From positions 585 to 64,584 of the forward strand of contig JBMOMW010000059.1 in NCBI GenBank assembly GCA_049325255.1: DNA of 64,000 bases, in the 5' to 3' direction. The notes beneath the pieces were generated by a model, which was given only the letters and a program-made list of their open reading frames with translations, ran no database searches and had not been told where the DNA came from. Of the stretch, positions 51,853-58,926 are shown one piece after another; position 1 is the first letter of the stretch; every line of letters starts with the position of its first letter. This DNA is from Pseudomonadota bacterium (lineage in GTDB: Bacteria > Pseudomonadota > Alphaproteobacteria > UBA11222). The translations under genes were made by a program, and so were the position numbers.

Positions 51853-53289
51853 GTGTACCGAAAGCTTGGAATCATTAGAGGGGCAGTGGCGTTATCTGGC
51901 TTGGCGGGTCTGCTTTGTTTGAACGGTGTGGCGGTGGCGCAGGTTACCCAGCAGGAAGCAGCCGAGGATGTGCGGAGCAAAACCCGTGAACAGGTGTCAC
52001 GCGCCACGCAAACCAAAAGCCTGACTGAAAAGGCGGGAGCATTACCCGGTATTGGCTATAATGAGGTGCTGGCGTCACCGGATGATCCGACGCTTAATCT
52101 GCGTTATGTCAAGGATCTGATTGCCAAGGGCAATGTCCAGTTGGCGGCGGCAACCACTGAACGCATTCTGCTGCAATATCCCGAAGCCGACGATGTGCGC
52201 CTGCTTTACGCCATCCTGCTGTATCGCATGGACGTGTTGGACGAAGCATCGGTGCAGCTTGATATTCTGGAAATGCACAAACCTTCGGGCGTCATTCAGG
52301 CGGAAATTGGCCGCTATCGCGATTTGATAAAACAGCGCCTGAACCCGCTGAAGCGCAGCGCTGCGGTAAGCGTTGGCATGCATTACGATACAAACCGCAG
52401 CACATTTCCGGACGATGGCGCATTTCTGGTGCGCGACTTTCCATTCTTGCTTCCGGGCGGCGAGACCGACGATTGGGGCCGCATCGCCATCGGTTCCGCC
52501 CAGATAGCGAAAGACACCGGCAATCAGAAATTGCAGCAGGTATTTGGCGATATGGCCGTGCTGTATGATGATCAGGTGGAAGTTGACGCGCTGGACGTGA
52601 ATGCGCTGTTGTTGAACGCCGGCTTTTTGTACAAAACCGTTTACGGCGATCTTCTGCCGCGTGTGCATGCAAGCTGGATCGAGCTGGATAACAAGAAATT
52701 CTCACATGACTATGCCGTTTCGCTGCGCGGGCAACGGCCCGTCTTCCAGTCCAAAATCAAGGGGTTTGCGCAGATCACCACCGGCTGGCGCAGATATAAT
52801 AATACTTCAGCCCTGCCATTCTCCAGCGAGCAGGACAGCAACTATCAGCGCGTCGAAATTGGCGGCGACCGGCAGATCGATGCGACCACCGGCCTCAGAC
52901 TTGCCGTCGCCTATAACAGTGTGGACGCCGACGAGGACTATGAAGGTTATGACAGCTATGAGGTTTCAGCCAATCTGACAAAGGTGCTGCCGCGCGGCAC
53001 GTTCATATTGGCCAGCATTTCTGTCGATAAGAAATTTTATGATGGCATGGACCCGTTCGTCTCGGTGAATACCCGCAAGGATCTGGATATGTCGGTCGAT
53101 CTGACCTATGGCGTTCCGGTGGGCACCATTGTCGGACTGATGAGTGAAAACCAGGCAGGACCAGAACCCTTGCGCCAGATCATGCTGAACCTGACCGCTG
53201 GCTACGAAGACTCGAACTCGAACCTGCCGAATTATCAGTATGATAATTACCGGGGCCAATTCATGTTCAACCGCAGTTGGGATTTCTAA
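51853..53289 (+). CDS. outer-membrane protein with N-terminal TPR region and C-terminal beta-barrel, DUF560/Slam-like (putative type XI secretion component)
   Basis: 478 aa, GTG start after AGGGGGA, and signal peptide ...LNGVAVAQ. A TPR-like helix pair (LRYVKDLIAKGNVQLAAATTERILLQYPEADDVRLLYAILLYRMD) is followed by alternating-hydrophobicity strands (GMHYDTNRS...). The C-terminus is GYEDSNSNLPNYQYDNYRGQFMFNRSWDF with a terminal Phe. The family assignment is from memory of the DUF560 pattern. Confidence 0.5.
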   Translation: MYRKLGIIRGAVALSGLAGLLCLNGVAVAQVTQQEAAEDVRSKTREQVSRATQTKSLTEKAGALPGIGYNEVLASPDDPTLNLRYVKDLIAKGNVQLAAATTERILLQYPEADDVRLLYAILLYRMDVLDEASVQLDILEMHKPSGVIQAEIGRYRDLIKQRLNPLKRSAAVSVGMHYDTNRSTFPDDGAFLVRDFPFLLPGGETDDWGRIAIGSAQIAKDTGNQKLQQVFGDMAVLYDDQVEVDALDVNALLLNAGFLYKTVYGDLLPRVHASWIELDNKKFSHDYAVSLRGQRPVFQSKIKGFAQITTGWRRYNNTSALPFSSEQDSNYQRVEIGGDRQIDATTGLRLAVAYNSVDADEDYEGYDSYEVSANLTKVLPRGTFILASISVDKKFYDGMDPFVSVNTRKDLDMSVDLTYGVPVGTIVGLMSENQAGPEPLRQIMLNLTAGYEDSNSNLPNYQYDNYRGQFMFNRSWDF

Positions 53290-53294
53290 AGCGG

Positions 53295-53373
53295 GATGAT
53301 TTCAGGTCCGTTCATAGCCTTGCCGTTTTTGCGAGGAGCGAAGCGGGTGTGGCTGGCTCAACCTGAAATCATC
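53295..53373. repeat. MITE/REP-like element with 13-bp terminal inverted repeats
   Basis: The ends are GATGATTTCAGGT (53295-53307) and ACCTGAAATCATC (53361-53373). The interior contains GCGAGGAGCGAAGCGGGTGTGGC, related to the GCGAGCGAAGCG family. Confidence 0.55.
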
Positions 53374-53378
53374 ATCCA

Positions 53379-53543
53379 CTAGGGATTACGTTTGCCCTTT
53401 CCATCGGAAATTTCTGGTTCTTCTTTCATGGCGAAATAACCAATAGTGCCGTCAAACGCGCCAGCAGCACCGCTGTTTTGTACGTACCAGTGCAGCGCCA
53501 GAATGATCATAATAAGGAAGAACAACCAGATAATTGCGGTCAC
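53379..53543 (-). CDS. 54-aa single-pass membrane ORF translationally coupled to the Wzy_C gene
   Basis: It falls below the ORF-track size cut-off and was translated by hand: (GTG)TAIIWLFFLIMIILALHWYVQNSGAAGAFDGTIGYFAMKEEPEISDGKGKRNP. Its GTG overlaps the upstream TGA as GTGA. Confidence 0.3.
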   Translation of the reverse strand: MTAIIWLFFLIMIILALHWYVQNSGAAGAFDGTIGYFAMKEEPEISDGKGKRNP

Positions 53544-54814
53544 GCATACGCCCTTTGCATTGTTGCAGCCGATGTCAATTTTAATTCACGCAATACGATT
53601 GCACGCAGGTTACAGACCAACGCCATGTTGAGCCATAGCCCAAACCAGAACTCCATCGAAAGCGCCATCACGCCAACGCCATAAACCAGCATGGAAAGCT
53701 GCAACATCCTTGCAAGATCGTTGGCCCATAAAAACCCGTTTTTGTTTTTTGTTAATTTTTTGATTCTGCTGCACCAAAGAAGTGTGATGGCCATCATCCC
53801 AAGAAATGCTCCAAACGCCAGGAACCCCTGACCAGCTAATATTTCCAAATAAGCATTATGGGTTGCACGTAAGATAGGGGTTCCAAGATGCGCGTTGTAT
53901 GTTGGGTAATATTGGTTATGTGCGCCAACTCCCAGAATGGGGTTCTCCAGAGCCAGTTTATAGGCAATTTCCCAAGCCTCGACCCGTCCGTTAAAGGAGC
54001 TGTCCTGTTCAGCATTGGAGATTGTGTCCATGCGCTGAAACCATGAATCGGGCATCAATGGCAATGCGCCGCCAATTGCGATGATAAAGATGATAAGGTT
54101 GAGCAGCTTGTTTTTGGAACGCGATATCAGCCCCAAAACCAATACCCCAAGTGAAATCAGTCCGCCGCGTGAATGCGTGCCAATAATGGCGACAATGCTG
54201 AGAGAAGATATCCCAATTGCCAGCATCCTTGCCCGTTTGTCGGCGCTCGTCCGGGCGAGATAGTAGGATAGCGGCACCAACATGGCCAACCCTACGGCGA
54301 GCTGATTATTGTCAGCGATGAGGGTTCCACCAGGGCCAGCGATATATCCGGCGCCGCCATTTGCAATCGTATACAAACCGCGCGTAACACCATAATAACC
54401 AACACTTATGACAAAAACCCATAATATGGCCTGGATTTTGACTTTGGTGTTCACCAGCCCCAGAACCGCGTATGTCATAAAAAGTACTGTTATTCCAACC
54501 CTGAACGGAGAATATGAAAGATCGCTGTCCAAAGAAAAAATCTGGGAAAGAATGACAAATGCGGTTAAGACAAAAAACAGGACAGTAAAGGCATTGGCCG
54601 CGGGGGGATTTTTGTCTTTGGTGGTGATAAGAAATATGACGGTTACTACACCCGCAATTAAATTTGAATAGCTCAATATTGCAGGGTTATAAGCTTCTGC
54701 TTGTGGCATCATCACAGAAAGCCAAACCCAGATAAGCAGGCTGACAAACCCTGCCTGCGTGTAAAGCGCAAATGCAATTCCCGTTATCACAAGCAATGTG
54801 ATCGTTTTTATCAT
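53540..54814 (-). CDS. O-antigen ligase / Wzy_C-domain polytopic membrane protein (WaaL/PglL/PilO-like)
   Basis: 424 aa with more than 10 hydrophobic segments. IGTHSRGGLISLG and ATHNAYLEILAGQGFLAFGAF resemble the Wzy_C core. The gene is markedly AT-rich (21 of 60 G+C at 53701-53760). Confidence 0.75.
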   Translation of the reverse strand: MIKTITLLVITGIAFALYTQAGFVSLLIWVWLSVMMPQAEAYNPAILSYSNLIAGVVTVIFLITTKDKNPPAANAFTVLFFVLTAFVILSQIFSLDSDLSYSPFRVGITVLFMTYAVLGLVNTKVKIQAILWVFVISVGYYGVTRGLYTIANGGAGYIAGPGGTLIADNNQLAVGLAMLVPLSYYLARTSADKRARMLAIGISSLSIVAIIGTHSRGGLISLGVLVLGLISRSKNKLLNLIIFIIAIGGALPLMPDSWFQRMDTISNAEQDSSFNGRVEAWEIAYKLALENPILGVGAHNQYYPTYNAHLGTPILRATHNAYLEILAGQGFLAFGAFLGMMAITLLWCSRIKKLTKNKNGFLWANDLARMLQLSMLVYGVGVMALSMEFWFGLWLNMALVCNLRAIVLRELKLTSAATMQRAYA

Positions 54815-55034
54815 GAGAATTCCTTCAGCCCATGATGACGGTCATGGCAGTTGGCAACACAGACGAGGGGTAAGGTTTTCACGGAATATCAACCACAAAT
54901 GGCATCTATCCATATTCCTGCTTGAGCGTGCCCGATTTCTGAAAAAGTAAATCCTCTAATCCGATAGCATATTTAAAGTTTAAGAAGTATAAAACCGGGA
55001 TAATTGCTGTCAAAGGCTTTGTGGCGGGACGAAC

Positions 55035-55301
55035 GTGACAGAAATTCTGTTTGATAAAATCTCCCGGTTGCTTGAATTACTGGTGCAGGCGCCGAATGGT
55101 GAGAGCCGGCGCGGAAAGCTCAATCTGATACGCATTTATCACGAGAATGGCGACTATTACTTACAGGGCATAGGGGTTAGCTCCAACCAGGAGCACCACT
55201 TCGCGCTATCGGAAGTAACCGAAATCATCGATGTTGAAAGCGGTGAAAATGTCGATATTGCCGAATTTCGCGCCGAACTGATGGCGCATCCGAAAACCTG
55301 A
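55035..55301 (+). CDS. hypothetical 88-aa protein, WYL-domain-like
   Basis: GTG start. KLNLIRIYHENGDYYLQGIGVSSNQEHHFALSEVTEIIDV resembles the Sm-like WYL beta-core (hydrophobic strand, YYL, then RxFxLxxI-like strand). Low certainty. Confidence 0.3.
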   Translation: MTEILFDKISRLLELLVQAPNGESRRGKLNLIRIYHENGDYYLQGIGVSSNQEHHFALSEVTEIIDVESGENVDIAEFRAELMAHPKT

Positions 55302-55892
55302 TCAGTTTTTTCCGCCGGTCAAAGCCATTTCCACCAGATGTCGCGATACGGCGGGCAGGGAAAGTTTCAGCGCCGCCTGCTGGCCGTGGGCTGACATTTT
55401 CGGCCAGGTCTTGGCGATGACATCCACGACCTTGGCTTGCGCATGTTTGGGGGCAAAGTCCGCCAGATGGTCTTCCAGAAACACCAGACAGGCCACATCT
55501 TCCAGACGCTGCGCCTCTTCGTCCTGTTTCAGGCGTTCCTTGCGCACCAACTGGCCGACACGCTGCGCCACTTCGTCTTCATATCCGGCCAGGCGCAGAA
55601 TTTCCGCCGCCAGCACCGCATGGCGGCGTTTTTCTTCGGTGCGCCATTGCAGATAACCGGCGCGGCCTTCGGGATAATCTGTACGCGCAAGCTCCCAGCG
55701 TTTTATATGCTGGCAACGCGCCGCAAGCCGCAGCGCTTCGGATGCGTCAGGATACACCGCCTGCAGCATTTCACTCATGCGCCTTGCATAGACAAGTTCT
55801 GCGGGGCGCAGTTCGCCCTCATCCATAATCTGATTGGGATCTTGTGCGTGCACCTTGTCCATCGCGGCAATGGCGTCATCGAAACGCGGCAT
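55302..55892 (-). CDS. DUF4202 domain protein, last gene of the nitrate assimilation operon
   Basis: 196 aa, 26 nt downstream of nasA on the same strand. The family assignment is from recollection of the conserved AARCQHIKRWE...YLQWR region. Confidence 0.5.
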   Translation of the reverse strand: MPRFDDAIAAMDKVHAQDPNQIMDEGELRPAELVYARRMSEMLQAVYPDASEALRLAARCQHIKRWELARTDYPEGRAGYLQWRTEEKRRHAVLAAEILRLAGYEDEVAQRVGQLVRKERLKQDEEAQRLEDVACLVFLEDHLADFAPKHAQAKVVDVIAKTWPKMSAHGQQAALKLSLPAVSRHLVEMALTGGKN

Positions 55893-55918
55893 AGTCTGGA
55901 CAACTCCGTGAAATTTTC

Positions 55919-58582
55919 TCAGGCGGCATCCTGACGGACGGCAATGCTGTTTAGCAAGGCCTGAATTTCAGGGCGGCACGAACCGCAATTGGCGCCCGCC
56001 TGCACCGCTGCGCCAACAGCGGCCACGCTCTCCAGGCCCTGCGTTATGATTGCATTGGTGATGGTCTTGCGGCCAACATTATAACAGGCGCATACCATGG
56101 GACCGCTGCCGCACGAACGCCCCGCTGGCCGACCATGTAGAATGGCGGCGCGTACATCCTGCGTCAGGGACCTATCCAAAAACAGCGATTCCAGCCAGTC
56201 GCTATCGGGCAGAATATTGCCGGGGCCGATAAACAGACAGGCCTCAATGCCATTCTGCCCGATATGGGCGGCGCGATAAACGCCGCGCCCGCGATCCTGA
56301 TATTCCACATTACTATTTGCAAGCGCCGCACTGAAACTTTTGCGCGCCCAAACATCTGCATGGGCCGGGTCATCATTTCCGGCCAGCCGGTAAATATGGC
56401 AACCATCGCCCGTGCGCCTGCTCCAGAAACCAATTCTATCCGGCGATATTTGCGCGCGTGAAAGCAACAGGCCAGACCAGCGAAATTCTGCGGCGCAAAT
56501 ACTGGCAGGCGTGCATTTGAATTCAGGCTGCCCTGAAACAGGGTCCGTCACGGGGGGGATCAGGCTGCTGATAACGGCTTCAGACGCGAATTGATCGTTC
56601 CAGTGAATGGGCGCGAACATCATGCCGGGACGCTGATCTTCATTTATGCGCACCCGCAGCACGGTTTTGCCAAGCGCTGTCTGGACATGCGCCAGCCCCT
56701 GTTCCGTCACGCCATATCTGGCCGCGTCGGCAGCGCCGATTTCTACATAGGGTTCCGGGCTGTGACGGCCAAGTTTGCCCACGGTCCCGGTGCGGGTCAT
56801 GGTGTGCCACTGGTCGCGCGCGCGCCCGGTGTTCAGCACCATGGGAAAATCCGAAACCGGCCAGAAAGCGGGAATGCCGGGCGTGGTTGCGACAAAGCGC
56901 GCACGCCCGTCCGGCGTTGGAAATTTCCCGTTCCCCAGCAGGCGATCCACACCCTTTGGCTGTGCGGCGGTCACCGGCCATTGCACGGGCTTCATCGCGT
57001 CATAGCCCGCATCATCCAGCGCCGCCAGCGCGCTGATGTCAAACAGCCGCGCGCCAGTATTTTCAAAGCCGGACAGTTGCGCATATTCGCGGAAAATATC
57101 AGCGGGTTTCGTATAGTTGAAAGCTTTTGCGTAACCCATGCGCTGCGCCACCTCGGTGATGATCCACCAGTCAGGTTTTGCCTCACCGGGCAGCGGCATA
57201 AAGCCGCGCTGACGGGAAATACGCCGTTCGGAATTTGTAACCGTACCGTCTTTTTCGCCCCATCCTGCGGCGGGCAGCAGCACATCCGCATATTTTGCGG
57301 TGTCCGTACCCGTGACGCAATCCGACACCACGACGAAGTCGCATTTGCCCAGCGCAGCGCGCACCGCATTGGCGTTGGGCAGGCTGACGGCGGGGTTGGT
57401 GGCCATGATCCATACGGCTTTGATTTTGCCATCGCCAATGGCGCGAAACATATCCACGGCTTTCAGGCCCGGGGCCTGCGCGATGTTGCGCGCGCCCCAG
57501 AATCTTGCGACACGATCAATGTCATCGGCATTGGAAAAATCCATATGGGCGGCAAGCTGGTTGGCAAGGCCGCCCACTTCGCGCCCGCCCATGGCGTTGG
57601 GTTGCCCGGTCAGCGAAAATGGCCCCATGCCCGGTTTGCCGATGCGCCCGGTCGCCAGATGGCAATTCAGGATGGCGTTGACCTTGTCCGTACCCTGCGT
57701 GGATTGATTGACGCCCTGCGAATACAGCGTCAGGGATTTTTGCGTCACCGTGAACCAGTCAAAAAATTTCGCCACATCGGCGGGCGCAAGACCGCAGGCC
57801 TCAGCAACGGCCCTGACCGTACCGCTTTGTTGCTGGGCCTGCGCCAAGGCCGCGTCAAATCCATTGGTGTGGGCTGCGATATAGTCCCGGTCCAGCGCGC
57901 CCGCTTCCTGCAAATAACAGAGAAGGCCATTGAACAGATGCACATCCGTACCCGGACGAAGTGCGAGATGCAGATCGGCGGCCTCCGACGTTGCTGTGCG
58001 GCGCGGATCAATATTGATGATGCGTAACCGGCCTGTTTCGCGGCGCGCCATCAGGCGTTGATACAAAACCGGATGGCACCATGCGGTGTTTGATCCAACC
58101 AGAACAACCAGATCGGCCAGCTCGAAATCACCGTAACAGCCGGGAACAATATCTTCGCCAAAGGCGCGCTTGTGGCCCGCCACACTGGACGCCATGCATA
58201 ATCTTGAATTGGTGTCGATATTGGCGGTGCCGATAAAGCCCTTGATCAATTTGTTGGCGGCGTAATAATCCTCGCTCAGCAATTGCCCCGAAACGTAAAA
58301 CGCCACCGCATCCGGGCCATGTTGCGCGATGATTGAACGAAATTGCGCCGCGACATGATCGAGCGCATGATTCCAGTCGATACGCCTGCCCTTGAGCATG
58401 GGGTGCAGCAACCGGCCTTCCAGATTAAAAGTTTCGCCAAGTGCTGTTCCCTTGGAGCATAGCCGCCCGAAATTGGCCGGGTGGTCCTGTGTTCCACTGA
58501 TGCTTATGGCCCCGGAATCGGCGACTTTGACATCGACGCCGCAGCCGACCCCGCAATAGGGACAGCTTGTGGCGCTTTTCAT
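55919..58582 (-). CDS. nasA: assimilatory nitrate reductase catalytic subunit (molybdopterin oxidoreductase with C-terminal BFD-like [2Fe-2S] domain)
   Basis: 887 aa with an N-terminal CPYCGVGCG 4Fe-4S motif, MopB and molybdopterin-binding domains, and C-terminal CACYNV...CGSC. Confidence 0.93.
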   Translation of the reverse strand: MKSATSCPYCGVGCGVDVKVADSGAISISGTQDHPANFGRLCSKGTALGETFNLEGRLLHPMLKGRRIDWNHALDHVAAQFRSIIAQHGPDAVAFYVSGQLLSEDYYAANKLIKGFIGTANIDTNSRLCMASSVAGHKRAFGEDIVPGCYGDFELADLVVLVGSNTAWCHPVLYQRLMARRETGRLRIINIDPRRTATSEAADLHLALRPGTDVHLFNGLLCYLQEAGALDRDYIAAHTNGFDAALAQAQQQSGTVRAVAEACGLAPADVAKFFDWFTVTQKSLTLYSQGVNQSTQGTDKVNAILNCHLATGRIGKPGMGPFSLTGQPNAMGGREVGGLANQLAAHMDFSNADDIDRVARFWGARNIAQAPGLKAVDMFRAIGDGKIKAVWIMATNPAVSLPNANAVRAALGKCDFVVVSDCVTGTDTAKYADVLLPAAGWGEKDGTVTNSERRISRQRGFMPLPGEAKPDWWIITEVAQRMGYAKAFNYTKPADIFREYAQLSGFENTGARLFDISALAALDDAGYDAMKPVQWPVTAAQPKGVDRLLGNGKFPTPDGRARFVATTPGIPAFWPVSDFPMVLNTGRARDQWHTMTRTGTVGKLGRHSPEPYVEIGAADAARYGVTEQGLAHVQTALGKTVLRVRINEDQRPGMMFAPIHWNDQFASEAVISSLIPPVTDPVSGQPEFKCTPASICAAEFRWSGLLLSRAQISPDRIGFWSRRTGDGCHIYRLAGNDDPAHADVWARKSFSAALANSNVEYQDRGRGVYRAAHIGQNGIEACLFIGPGNILPDSDWLESLFLDRSLTQDVRAAILHGRPAGRSCGSGPMVCACYNVGRKTITNAIITQGLESVAAVGAAVQAGANCGSCRPEIQALLNSIAVRQDAA

Positions 58583-58911
58583 TCCGCCGCCTGTTGCCGG
58601 GGTCTGGGCGCGATATAAATGCGCCCGCCGGCAAGCTTCACAGGAATGGTGCGCGCGCAGCCATCATCCGGGTCGGCGCCAACGCCGCTATCCAGATGGA
58701 ACACCTGATTGTGCAGCGGGCAGGCGACCGAGCGCCCATGCACGATGCCCTGTGACAGCGGGCCGTCCTTATGCGGACAGCGGTCCTCCAGCGCGAATAT
58801 TTCATCCTCCGCCGTGCGGAAAATTGCAATGTTCATGCCGGGTGTTTTTACGACGCGCGCACCCAGACGCGGAATGTCCGCAACAGTGCCAACTTCGAGC
58901 CATTCGGTCAT
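58579..58911 (-). CDS. nirD: nitrite reductase small subunit (Rieske-like)
   Basis: 110 aa. The CPHKDGPLSQG...CPLH region and ATGA overlap with nasA support the call. Confidence 0.92.
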   Translation of the reverse strand: MTEWLEVGTVADIPRLGARVVKTPGMNIAIFRTAEDEIFALEDRCPHKDGPLSQGIVHGRSVACPLHNQVFHLDSGVGADPDDGCARTIPVKLAGGRIYIAPRPRQQAAE

Positions 58912-58926
58912 TTTATCGGGCTCCGT

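Noticed and set aside
56591-58027. 478-aa plus-strand ORF inside nasA, and 60526..61470 inside nirB
   Set aside because: Both are antisense to well-supported nitrate and nitrite reductase genes and have no motifs of their own.
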